Below, piece after piece: positions 1 through 12,532 of a DNA stretch of 64,000 nt. The notes under the pieces were generated by a model. That model saw only the letters and a list, made by a program, of their open reading frames with translations, was not told the DNA's origin and ran no database searches. Within the stretch, counting starts at the first letter, position 1. Each line of letters starts with the position of its first letter. This DNA comes from Spizellomyces punctatus DAOM BR117. Lineage: Eukaryota. Where the stretch lies: NCBI GenBank assembly GCA_000182565.2, contig KQ257467.1; one strand, written 5' to 3'. The translations under genes and the position numbers were made by a program.

Positions 1-1
1 G

Positions 2-742
2 CAGTCGCAATTCAATGCGGGAGGCCTCGGTCAGGCACCCCAACCACAAATCAACAGCGCCCTTGCCGGCGTTGTGGCAAATTTACTGACGGGCCATGCT
101 ACCCAACCAGCTGCGGGCGGACTGGATGCTCAGACGTTGTTGAGTTTAGTCGGAGCCCTCCAGCAACAGCAGCAACCTCAGCAGCAGCCGCAGTTGGCTA
201 CGTTAGGTCAGCTCACGCAGGGACTGGGTGCTCAGACTCTTAACCCTGCAAATTCTCTAGCAGCATTAGGATTGGGAGGACTTGCAGGACTGGGACAACC
301 ACAACAACAGGCGGCAGTGCAACAACAACCAAATTTGGCAACAATGCTCTCTTCACTCTTGAGCGCGCAGCAATCGCAAACCCAGGGCCAACAAGCCACA
401 CAGCTGCAGCAGGTACCTCAGTCACAACTTCAACAACGGACGCAACTTGGCGGCTTGCAGAACCCCATGCAAGCATCCATCCAACCACTGGTTTCAAGTG
501 CATTGGCAACTCAGTTTGGGGCGCTATCCGGTTCATCGACCACCGGATCCCTTCCAGCCGCTTTAGCGAATTTGCAGCGAATGGGCGTTACACAGCAACC
601 ACTGGCAAACCCTGCAGTTGGATCTACGGCGCCGACATCTGGGACAGAGTCTGTGGCGGACATATTGAATAGGTTGAAGCAGTTGCAACAATTACATCCG
701 GGGACAAGCAATCCCCAGTCCGGGGCCGCTGGGAGAGGATAG
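2..742 (+). CDS. 3' end of a gene with a Q/L/G-rich low-complexity C-terminus, possibly Nab3-like RNA-binding protein (5' truncated)
   Basis: Frame open from base 2 to TAG at 740-742. PolyQ and LGGL/QQP-rich sequence ends in a helix VADILNRLKQLQQ, which resembles the yeast Nab3 terminal helix (VQSLLDSLAKLQ). Coding status is likely; identity is weak inference. Confidence 0.6.
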   Translation, partial: QSQFNAGGLGQAPQPQINSALAGVVANLLTGHATQPAAGGLDAQTLLSLVGALQQQQQPQQQPQLATLGQLTQGLGAQTLNPANSLAALGLGGLAGLGQPQQQAAVQQQPNLATMLSSLLSAQQSQTQGQQATQLQQVPQSQLQQRTQLGGLQNPMQASIQPLVSSALATQFGALSGSSTTGSLPAALANLQRMGVTQQPLANPAVGSTAPTSGTESVADILNRLKQLQQLHPGTSNPQSGAAGRG

Positions 743-1266
743 GACGGCACGAGTCCGAATTGTGTAATAATTTTGGCATTTGCGAAAATGCTTGTGTAGT
801 TGTAACAAGCAAATAGCAATAAAGGGAACTGCAGCGAAAGATTGCGAACAAGGTTCAATTCTATATTCATTGCTACATGTTGTAATCATTTTCCGCCTGC
901 TGCCAATGGTTTTTCGATATAAATTAAAGATAGAAGATCTCTCTTGATAGCAGAAGCCTTTTGCCATCATTCTATACCAGGAGAAAGAAACTGCAAAACA
1001 CAATGCACAGACTGGACAAACTGGACGTGATTGGCATCGCTAATAAGGCACTTTGTCTTGTTGAATATCCATCCAAGGAAGATGATCGGCGACAGTCCTC
1101 CCGCGCCACAATCCAAGCCGCGCTTTAGTAAGAGTCACGTGCTACCATTTTTTTATTTTTGAAATTTCTGATCTGTTTTTTGTGTTGAAAGTTCAACGGG
1201 CTGGTAGTTTTTCTTCCGTTGCATCCCATACCGCTTTTGAGCACCTTCTTCCTTTAACTTTTGACA

Positions 1267-2493
1267 ATGGCATACGGTGAGTAATATACTGTCGCTGTGT
1301 GAGATTGTTTCTGGTCTAACCCAGTGTGTTTGGGCAGGTGCACCTCGCGGTGGTGGTGGTCGCGGCGGAGCTCGGGGCGGCGGCCGTGGTGGAGGTCGTG
1401 GTGGACCCCGAGGAGGTGGTGTTTCCAAGTTTGGCGGTGGTGGCCGTGGTGGTCGCGGAGGCTTTGGTGGTGGTGGTCGCGGTGCACCTCGTGGCCGTGG
1501 TGGACCTCGTGGAGGAGGTCGTGGTGGCCGTGGTGGAGCAAGGGGAGGAGCGAAAGGAGGGGCAAAAGTTGTTATCGAACCCCATCGTCATGAGGGTATC
1601 TTTATTGCTCGTGGAAAGGAGGACATGTTGGTGACAAAGAACTTGGTACCTGGTGAGAGCGTATACGGAGAGAAGAGAGTTAGTGTGGACGTGAGTATCA
1701 ATGATCTGTGCATGCAGTGATGGCGGTTCTTAACTCCAGATCTTTGGGATTGATTGCATCCCATTAGAGCACTGACGGAACTAAAATCGAGTACCGTGTG
1801 TGGAATCCTTTCCGATCCAAGCTTGCGGCCGGTGTGCTCGGCGGTGTTGACCATATTCATATTGCCCCGGGAAAGAAGGTTCTCTACCTTGGTGCCGCCA
1901 GTGGAACTTCAGTATCTCACGTCGCTGATATTGTTGGACCGGTACGGACTGTTTTGAAGGTCTTTTGTATGATCTCGGATTCAAGATGCGCCTTTCTGTT
2001 TAGACTGGTCTCGTGTACGCCGTCGAATTCTCGCACCGATCAGGTCGTGATCTGATCAACATGGCCAAGAAACGCACCAACGTCATCCCCATTATTGAGG
2101 ACGCCCGTCATCCCCACAAATACCGTATGTTGGTCGGTATGGTTGATGTTATTTTCGCCGATGTTGCGCAACCGGATCAAGCTCGTATTGTCACCATGAA
2201 CGCCCACATGTTCTTGAAGAATGGAGGTCACGTTGTGATATCTGTCAAGGTATGTGTTCTGTATTAGTGGGGTTGCCAACCGTCTACTCAATATCTCATC
2301 ATCTTGTCGATTGCAGGCCAATTGTATCGACTCAACGGTCGCAGCTGACATTGTATTCGCACGGGAAGTAAAGAAGCTTGAGGAGGAACGAGTAAAAGCA
2401 CAGGAGCAGTTGACACTAGAGCCGTATGAGCGTGATCACGCCTTGGTGATTGGAGTGTACCGGAAACAAAAGAAGGCCAAGGCCTCAGAATGA
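1267..2493 (+). CDS. NOP1: Fibrillarin, box C/D snoRNP 2'-O-methyltransferase; 5 exons
   Basis: RGG/GAR N-terminus; [55 protein letters not shown] introns about 1277-1337, 1691-1767, 1942-2003, 2250-2317. Confidence 0.98.
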
Positions 2494-2775
2494 GGTCGTC
2501 AATGTCAGTTTAAGACCTCGCCTATTCTTTAAGTGTATGTACATTCTGGTTAATGCTCGCGGTAACTCCAGAGGCAAAGGTGGTGTTGGTGGGGGCAGGG
2601 GGGAGAGGTTTTGCTTTTTAGTTTAGAAGGCTTTCGCTTGTATTTTATCTTTTTTTTGCCAACGACTGCATTTTCACAAAACCGTAACTTAGAAACACTC
2701 TTGCGTTCAAAATGATCATTATTTATTGATTTTTGCAGAAACTGAAATGCCAGCATTTATGGATATCCTACGTTG

Positions 2776-3454
2776 TCACTCGTGCTGTGAAACGAAAAAG
2801 TTTGCTCCCTCAGGCTTCAAGTCATACTGGTCTGCAAATTCCTGTACATGCCATCCACCGCGATCCTCTGGTAATTTAAGATGCCTCAACGATTTCGACT
2901 GAGCAAACAGGATAAACACGTAGCGATGCAAATGGGTGCCTTTCGGCGGTGTGGGGGGATGATAGGAAGTGACAACCTTTCCCTTTTTAACGTCACCGTG
3001 CGTGATGTCGGTTACGACCCAATGACGCCAGCATCTCTTGGCGGGATGCTCGCGAGACGGGGCATCTTTTGTGTGATTGAGTGAGTGGAACGATTCATTT
3101 TCAATACTTTTGGCTAGTCAAATTACCAGGATCAGCCAGGACGAGTGTGTAGAGATCATCGGGATTCGGTGGACTGAATGAGACTTTTGGTTCATGTTCA
3201 GCTTCGGAAGGGGATATTTCATTCCCCAGTGATACTTTTCTGTTCTTGTACGAAATGTCCAAGGCGATGGTCGGTGTGAAATCAGATATCACTAACCATG
3301 ACCGATTATGAGTATTTTTGGTGGGCGATTCAATACAAAAGGGGGATGAAAATGATGCTTTTTTACCATCGGGAATTACTTGGCTGTCGACAAGGGCTTT
3401 ATGCACTTCCTTTAGCATGTTTTTGATAATGTCTGGACGGTAGAGCCTTGACAC
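2776..3454 (-). CDS. Phosphatidylethanolamine-binding protein (PEBP/RKIP/Tfs1 family); start uncertain
   Basis: Spliced translation gives VIPD..FTPT..LGNEISP..YTLVLADPDAPSR..WRHWVV..YHPPTPPKGTHLHRYVFILF, the PEBP DPDxP and GxHR signatures. Stop TGA at 2776-2778. Confidence 0.9.
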
Positions 3455-5290
3455 TTTTGATGATGATAGGCGGCAGAAACGCTTTTAGTTTTTGCCAGCG
3501 TTCTTTTTATACTTTCAACCCGTAAATGTCGTATTGTGTCATCGTTACGCGGGATTGTCCATAACAAAAGACATGGCGGGCGGGAATAAAAACGGGCTTT
3601 TTGCAGGGCGGGGGCTGCAGTTGACGGCTGCCCATCGGCTGGTCAGTTGCTTTGAAGAAGGCCCTGAATCCGTGGCTTGTGGGCCAATCTGTGCTGCGCC
3701 ATCCACCAGTTTGTTCATGTCGTTGAGTTTTGAATAAAGATGAGGTTAGAATAAGTGATGGTTATTCTTTTGGACAGCGGGCGATGAAGTAGATGAGCCA
3801 GTGTATATAAAAGGCGCAACCACCCAGGATATTCTTTTAGAGTATCCTCTACATTTGGTTGTTTTGCAAAGCCAGGGTTGCTAAACCTGTGTTCTTTTTT
3901 TGTTTCCTATATGATGGTTAGAACGACTGATTTTTAAGCGTTATGAAGCGTCAGCGATAGGAAAACGTTTGTGGACACAAACCTTGTGTTGGACATTTGG
4001 TCTGTTGGAAGGTTCCAAACTGATATGCCCAGTTTAAACCAAAGATGGAGAGACGCTAAACCAATGTGGCTGATGTCGTTCCCCAATCCCGTTGACCTGT
4101 GATACATGGAACGATAATACCAACATGTTCCATACTGTTTATGCATTGAGTGAGTCCAGATTTGTTGCGAGTTGCAGCCTCTACAGAGTTGCTCCTTGTG
4201 GGCTACTCTTCGAGTTCATCTGTTCAACACGTGCAAATAAACAAAAGCAACTAAACGGCGCCCAAATGACAGCAGAACGCAAGTGCCTCCCCCCTCCTTC
4301 TCCCCCTCGTACTGCACACAAACATGCGCAAACGGGCCGATTATCGTGCGATTTATCGCTTGCTTTTTCTTTTGCGTTTGTTTGCGTTTGTGATGCTTTT
4401 GTACCATGTATGGACTCTTGAATGAGCATTGTCACCTGTAATCCTCCCCCCTCCTTTTGCAAAATGGATCTGTGGAATGTTTACAAAAAAAGAATGTTGC
4501 GCACATCGTTACGTCCATTTGCCGTACATGGTCTCTGCAACTGTCCTCAAAAATCAACCCAAAATCAACACAAAAAAAAAAATTGGAGGAAAACTCCGCT
4601 CACGGAAATCGTTGAATTTCAACGCGTGTTTTTGAGCTTTTGGCTTACGCGGATTAAGGTCTTTTGAAGAGGTCCGTTTTTTTTTTTTTTTATTGCGTAG
4701 GTCTTTTGTGTGTGTGTTTTGTTGGGCTTTTTGAAAGCGTTTTCCGTTGCTTTAAAACGCTGCAAGTCGAAAAGGACTGTATTTACGCTTCACGGGCCAA
4801 CAGTTAAAGATATACACACACCGGAACTGCCAACATTTAAAGGACCCTCGCTTACGTTAAGGCTCTAGTTTGCCCCAGCTGGCCAGCGCAGCGTCTTTTT
4901 GGGTGGAAATAGTTTTAGGCGCAATTTACAAAACAACCAGCTTTTGTGCATTCCATTCTCCTCTTGCGAACGAATACACACAAGACGAAGAAGGCAAAAA
5001 GCCAAGGTGTACGCAGAGGCGCTGGATACCCCCTCTTTTTTGCTGGAGTGGAAACGGGCGAAACGGAGAACCTTGGGTTGCAAAGGAGAGAAAACACACC
5101 TTGTTTTCTTGGACTTTTTGTGTACTTTTCTATCTTGCCACTACACGACGGCATTTTCTCTGGCATCATATCAGGATTCTGGGTCTATTTCGCGCTTGCA
5201 GTTGGCATATCTCCTACCAAAACCAGGACGTTCCGGTTACCCCAAAGAATACCCTGTTTCGTTATCTCCTGACGAGCTTGCGTGCCCATC

Positions 5291-6113
5291 ATGTCCGTAT
5301 CGAGAGGAAACTTGGTGAGAGAATATAAAATCGTCGTGGTCGGTGGTGGTGGTGTTGGAAAGGTATGTTGAACAAGAACTTGCGCCTTTGTTGTTTCCAT
5401 TGTGATTCTTGTGTCGATTCCTGTTGATGCCGGAACAAGGGGAAGCAAAAAGTGAACAGTGGGCATGCTGGTGGAGCCTGTAGGATTCTCCCGCAATTGT
5501 AACTCACAATTATTTTCCATCTTCTTTTGCCTCCTTATTCTATCATCGTGATACATCACACCGTTTTGTGGATTGCTTTGACATTTACCAGTCGGCTTTA
5601 ACCATTCAATTCATCCAATCGCAATTCGTTGACGAATACGATCCGACCATCGAGGACTCGTACCGCAAGCAATGCGTGGTAGATGGAGAAACTGCGGTGC
5701 TAGACGTGCTAGACACAGCTGGACAAGAAGAATACTCTGCCATGCGGGAACAATACATGCGATCAGGCGAAGGATTTCTGTTAGTGTACAGCATAACTTC
5801 CCGGTCCTCTTTTGAAGAAATTCAAACCTTTCATCAACAAATTCTGCGCGTGAAAGACCGGGACTGGTTCCCAGTCACGTTGGTCGGAAATAAGTGCGAT
5901 CTTGAGGGTGAACGAGTGGTGGGAACCGGCGAAGGGAGAGAATTGGCAAAACTGTTTAGGTGCAAATTTATGGAGACGTCGGCGAGGAGTAAAATTAATG
6001 TCGATGAAGCGTTTTTCTCGTTAGTAAGGGCAATTCGAGATGAGAATAAGAAAACTCCTGGTGGAGGACAACAGACGGTCAAGAAGAAGAAGAAGCCGTG
6101 TATGGTAATGTGA
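5291..6113 (+). CDS. RAS1: Ras small GTPase; 2 exons
   Basis: [19 protein letters not shown], effector loop [25 protein letters not shown], polybasic KKKKK and CAAX CMVM. Intron 5364-5591. Confidence 0.97.
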
Positions 6114-7210
6114 ATGGGGCAAACAAAGACTCTTGAGGTTGTTTGGCGACGAGGTAGAGACGGCGAGTGTTGGAAGCGCGGAGCCAATTTGCGGTGATCA
6201 TGGAGGGTTTGGTCTTTTTCTGTCAGCAAAGTTACGTTGAACTTTTGCTGTCATTGATTTCGACGAGGGCACGACTGTCTTTTCATCATGAACAAACTAC
6301 GCTGAATTGGTAGTGATGAAAAGAAGGATCGAGGGACGATGGGAGGCTTCTCTCTCTCTCTCTGATTTTTGTGTACATTTCGATATTTTGGGGGAGCGAG
6401 AGGTTTTTTTTCGCAAGGGACAAGTACCATTTAATAATAGAGTTTCCCAACATTTTACAATCGTGGTGCGAACAGCCGGCTGCTACTGAAAGGGACTTTC
6501 CGTTGAAGGAGTGTCCATTGCGGGCCATCGCAATGCCTTATCCAATCCAACCCGTTAGCTCACCTCGTAACAGGCAATATTCCCTCCGCTCCGATACATC
6601 ACTAAAGTCACAACCACTATTCTTCCCGTTGTTTAATAGTTTCTTGATATTGGGAGCTGGTGGCTCGGACTCACTTGCTTGTGCATAGCTTCTAGAGGTT
6701 CGGACATCTGGAAAAATCAATTGGGATCAATGGACACTCCACCATCGATATCTTCAAGCTACACTGGACATTACTCTTGCTGATGATCCGGGACCACTTA
6801 CGGAAAGTACAATTAGCAGGACAAGTCGGGATCACGCCCTTTTTTATTGGTAAATTATACTAAAGTTAACTCCCTACGGTATGCCTTCACCAATATGACA
6901 TGTTTCTCTTCAGTTACATTGTATGTGTCTATGTGGAGTGCCTGACATTGTGTTTGACAAAGAAAGCGTAGTTTGGGCATTAGAATCTGCGTGCGGAAAG
7001 CTGTCGGGAAAAGCGACGTGAGAGAATCGGCTAGTCCAGCCACCATCGGACACATTATTTCAAAAGATTATTATGCTGACATTTTATATCGTCAAATCAT
7101 ATTAAGAAACACACTAATTTAAATGGCATCGCTAGATCGTATCAGTAGGTGCAGGCTCATAAAGCGACATAAAGATCACCACGACCCGTCACTGGCTTCC
7201 CTTGTCTCCG

Positions 7211-10200
7211 TCATCGCGGAGTGGGAGGGTTGACAGGATTCCGTGACTTGCTGTCCACTAAGGAGCGACGATCGCTCGGAGGTGAGGTTAATATTCCACT
7301 TCCTATCGATGAAGGGAACTCTAATTGAAAAGGGGATTCTGGTATGGTAAACGAGGCGAGTGACTTTGATGTGTTTAAAGAGAGGGGAGTTGGATTCGTT
7401 GAAGGCCTAGGGTCTGCTTCTCGCCTGTAATACTCGAGTCCTGCAAGCCATCGAGCACGATCTTGCAGATCCTGGGCCATGAAATACTGTAGAAAAGCAA
7501 GAAAGAACAGCCGGGTTTTAATCCGAGCTATATCTTTAGAATATGCTGAAGAAGTTATGGTACGTACGAGAGGCGGCACTGTCTTCAAAGCTTGTGTTTC
7601 TTGGCAGGTAACGTCGATTAAAGTTCTGCACGATCGATGACAGATCATCTTACAAGCTAAAATCATATTTTGATTTTGAGTTTGACCAGGATGCCGAAAT
7701 ATGCGTTTTCCTTGACCTTACCGGTGCATTCAAAGCCTTGGTTTTTATTACCCCATAGCGGTTCGTGGCACACCGCACAGTCTGTAGGCTTGTAATATTG
7801 CCTGAGTCTAAAAGCATGACCATAGCTCTCAGACTTTTCCGTGGCTTCTTTTATTCTTCTAATCACCGCCAATATCCGTTGCTGATCATTCTATCAAAAT
7901 ATGTCAATCATTAGCCGGCCACGGTAAACCGCTGATGCAAAACATGTAGCTACCGAATTCATGGCATCCAAGTCCTCTACGGGATTATGGATAAGCATCG
8001 ATGTTTTCAAAGAGAGCAATACACGGACGCATACCTTTTATTTTGGCAACATTCCGCTCAGCGACCACTAATTCATGCTCTGGAGTTTGGGTGGAAGACC
8101 TCGTTCGGGGTTTATTTGCTGATCTCGCAACAGCGTTGGAGACCTTGATAAGACCATCTCGCTTCCTTTCCTCCTCAGCTAGCTGAGTTTCCAGTTTTTT
8201 GCGATAATATCCAATGTCCTCTTCTATTATCTCACTGCTTTGTTCCAATGACTGGCTCGAGGAGTGAGCCCACCACAGTATGTTCATTTATCAGAAGGGC
8301 TGTAACTTACTGTTGACGTCGTAGAAGGATCTTCAGATGGGAGCAGCGATCTGTACCGGTCCTGTTCGAGCCGTAATCCGCGAAGACGATTTTGGGATGC
8401 CTCAATTTGATTTGTTAATGTCGTTCTGTTCAATTCACTTGATAAGCTCCACATCTTTTCAGCAGCTTGTAACATTTTCTCTTCAAGTGCTATTTCTCCA
8501 TCTAGCTTGCTGATCTTTCGTTGAACAGCGACTGTATCATTCTGCTCAGTGCCGCTTTCATTGGTCTGAATATACACTTTTGTCAATGTCTGAAACGGCA
8601 AATGATTGCTGTTTTGCAGAACGTTACTCACTATAGAACTAGTGGCTCGTGTGCTTATCTGGCCGATTTGATCTTGGTTGACCGCATGAACTTTGAGGAT
8701 GCAATCAATGTCCTTGCTGTTGGCGTGGATGAGCTCATTTTGCGCTACCACCTTGGCGATGAAAATGTCGGATCTGACTCAAAGCATAAGACTCGAATAT
8801 CTTTAAAATGATGGAAGGTACATGTCCTTACCTTATATCGACGACGAGACTTCCTTCGATGCTCCCCACATCTTTATCCCGGTCGTACATATATATCTTA
8901 AAGTCGCGCACAACCGCGTATCGTTGCTTCCAACCTTTCTTAACCTTTCCACCTTTTGGTACTTTCAGCCAACCCTTCAAGCCCTCCTTTGGATTAAACT
9001 CTACCGGAACTACATCAGAAGCCTTGGTCTGACCGGATTTTAATGAAAAGCTTGAAGATGTAGTGCTGAGTCGACGACTAAGACCATACTCCAATATCTT
9101 GGTACTATCATCTTCCCTTTCGGGCGAGAGTGGGGATTGGGAGTTTGACCGGGAATGGTCAGTCTTCAAGGGCTGGCTGTTTGTCCGGAAAAGCATGTTC
9201 CGCCAGCCACTCTTTGACCTTGCCTGATGCTTTTCTGGTGATCTTGTCATTTTGTGGTCAGATCTTGCACTGTCCGACATCCGTGTAGCACTGTCGTCTC
9301 CCATTTCCAACTGATGATGCAGCGCTGAGCATGTTTGTTCCAGCTCGTGTATTCGTTCAATGAGATTGCGGATTTTGGTCTCTAACAAACTGCATTGTGT
9401 CTCCATCTCGTCCTTGCCCCTCTGAGTCTCTGCGTATGATTGCTCCAACTCGTCTATGCGCAAGGCTTCCGAATTCATTTTCTCCTCCGCCAGTTTCACA
9501 GCACTTTGGAGAGCTGCATTCTCTGCTTCCAACGTTTTCCGATATTGCTGTTCGGTTGCGTAGCGCTGCTCGAGTGCCTCGTAGTCAACCTTGCATTCGT
9601 TATAGCGCGAACATTCCCTTTCCAGTGCACGATTAGCTTCCTCTAGAGTTACTTTTAAACGGTCGAGGTCCTCCTTCAAGTGGCCGTTTCGATCGGCAAA
9701 AGTTTTGTGCGATGACTTTGCCTCAGTCAACTGCTTATGTAGCTCTTCAATAGACGACTGAGCCTCAAAGTACAAGCTTTCGTAGTTTATGGCGTGCTGT
9801 GCGGATCTTATCTGCTTTTGCAGTTCTGCTTTGCTTGTCTCCAGTTCTTTACAGAGCGCCGTTATTTGGTCTTCCAAAACAGCCGTCTTCTTTTCGGCAT
9901 CTGACCGAGCTGCTAACTCTCGCTTAAGCTCAGCACCTAACCTCTGGGTCTCAGCATCTGCAAGCTTTTCCATGGATATGATAAGATTAGCTTCAGCAGT
10001 GTTCGCTCGTGTCATTGCGGCGTCTCGTGCATTCCGCTCCTCTTCCAGCTTCCTCAATAATCTGTCCACTTCCACTTCTAAGCAAGCCTTGCTCTTTGTA
10101 ATATCAGCCGCAGCAGCAGACTGTTGCCTAATCTCCTCGTTGGCCTGTTTGATCTGAGCACGCAAGTTTTCAAGCTCTCTCTCCATGCGCAAATTGGCAT

Positions 10201-12532
10201 CTCGAGCGCTCTGCAACTCTGCTTTGTCATTTTTCTCGCTATCCAGGGAGTGCTTTAAACGATCCAAAGACCTCTGCAAGTCCTCCCGCTCCCGCGCATG
10301 TCCATCTCGCGTTGATCGCAGCTGTTCCAAAGTTGCGTCCGCCATCTCTTTTTTCTTTTCGAGCGCCGTGACCAAGTTTTGAAGGTCGGATTGCTTCGAC
10401 AGTGACCCGGCCAGCTGTTGACGAAGAGCTTTTATTTCATCTTCGGAAGTTTGCTTTGCTACTGTAAGATCATGGATTTGCTGTCGAAGAGCATCGGCAT
10501 CACCTCCGGAGAGTGATCGCGAAGAACTTCGCTTGCCCATTGCCGCCAAATGCCCTTCATGGCCGGTATGGAGTGATACTTGCCATGAAATGGCTGGGAT
10601 AGCATCCTGGACGTACGTGTACCCCACGAATGGAAGATGCTGACCAGTGAACTCCTTCGTTTTCACCAGGGTTTTCTTTGTCACTTTCTTGCTCTCATCT
10701 TCCTCGTCCTCAAAGTACCTCGTATCATCAGGCCCACTTAGCTCGGGGATAAACGGTGGCGTCACTAGAGTAGAATCGTTAATGCTGACCAACCTTCTCC
10801 TACCCAACTGCTTAATAGATCAAATAGCGTACTGTTTCGGACCGCGCTCCAGTCAAATCCTTTAAACCACGGATGTCCTTGGATCTCCTGACTTCCTTGA
10901 CGTCCTAACCGAGTTTCCTTCTTGCAAATCAACCTGATGGTCATCCAATCAGTAAACGATCTAGTCGGCATTAATCTCACTTTCGTGCCCACCTTCTCAT
11001 CAAGTCTAATGCTTCTTCTGAAACGTCGCTATCTTCAGGGAACGCAAAATGTTTCTATAACAGTTATTGTTGAGCATTTGAGAAGCAACTCGATGCGCTT
11101 TTACGGAGCTTCGAGCGACAGTACCTCGTGATCCATAATCTTGCCGTATGTTTCCATCAACGATTCGGAATAGAACGGTACTTCATCATATAGGAGCTCA
11201 TACAGTATGATACCTGAAGGGGCACCGATGAACAAGATTTCTGGTGCTCATTACAAGGACACCGCCATTACCTAATGACCACCTGTTACAATAAATCAGG
11301 GTTTAGAAAGCCAATTGCTACTATTGCGACGACTCTCTGCCGTACCAGTCACATTCTCTTCCATATGTTGAATTTCCTTCGTGTGCGCGGAGAATTTCGG
11401 GTGATATATAGTCTAGGAGGTACAGGTTCAGCATGGTGTTAAATTGGTCAATAACCATTCGAAGTTACCTGGTGTTCCGACTGTTTGATGTGATGTTACC
11501 TGGGTACGAACCTCAAGTTTAAAGAAATTCACGATCAGGGATATCTGTTGCATGAAAACATACTGCTTTAGCATCGTCCATTCGAATGCATGAGCCGAAA
11601 TCGGCGAGTTTGAGGTGACCGGATCGGTCGATAAGGCAGTTTTCCGGTTTGACATCACTGAGACATTTGATAAGCTGGGGCATCAACTTTACTGACCGCA
11701 GAAAATAGTCTTACCGGTGTATGAAGTTGTGCTTATGCAGCTCATCCAAGGCGAGAAGAATTTGCGCAATATAAAAGCGAGCATCCTCTTCCCGCATTAC
11801 TTCTTCGCGATTATTCAGTAGAGATCGCAAGCTTCCTCCCGATGCATACTCCATGACAAGGTACAGATTTTCCTCATCTTGAAAAGCCGCATATAATGTT
11901 GTAATCCACTCCGATGCCTTTGCAAACACCAAAGCATCACGCTCTTCCATGAAAAAACCTGCCTGTAGTGGTAGTTCCAGCCAGGAGTAAAGCAACCATT
12001 TAGCCTAGATTCGCAAGGAAACAAGAAATGCCGTGCATACTTCTTGACGGGTCAGCAAGTCTGTCTTCTTCAGTATCTTCATGGCATAAACCTTTCTTGT
12101 TGGCTTATACTTCACCAGACAAACCTACAATAGATCCACACTCGCCTCAAGTTGTATTGTAATGCCGTAGCCAGAAAAACGTTACCCTTCCAACAGCGCC
12201 TGTGGCCAGCGTTTTCACAATATCAAAATCAGCGGTGTTTATTCGTAGCGCTTGTAGTCTCGTCATTAGCTTCTCATCTGCAATTTCGGCGATGGTCAAA
12301 ACATTTCAACCTCCTTGAATTAGTCAATAACAATTCACCAACATTTGTGAACAAAAGCAGCCATGTGCCCAGTTTGACTGCTAGCTGCTGTTTTGCAGTC
12401 GGTATAGACTGCAAGGAAAAAGTCCAGCAAGGCCTCGAGGGAAAGTGACGGAGCTGCGAGTTCATTGGATAGGACCTGCGATATCTGGTCCAGCCGAGGC
12501 CTGACGTGGGAAGCAAACTCTGCTGAAGCCAT
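7211..12532 (-). CDS. Rho-associated (ROCK/DMPK family) AGC kinase: kinase, long coiled coil, split PH containing 2 HR1 repeats and a C1
   Basis: N-terminal [59 protein letters not shown]; hydrophobic motif [13 protein letters not shown]; about 450 aa coiled coil; PH-N GWLKVP..GWKQRY; C1 [22 protein letters not shown] helix [12 protein letters not shown]. Confidence 0.92.

Noticed and set aside
1153-1634. Overlapping Pro-, His- or Thr-rich ORFs around NOP1, and similar antisense ORFs throughout the window
   Set aside because: Shadow frames of the GGN-rich RGG region and other real genes.
6630-6790. ILGAGG and LDIGS Rossmann- or methyltransferase-like words in the Ras-ROCK gap
   Set aside because: Very short, in different frames and interrupted by stops; not distinguishable from chance.
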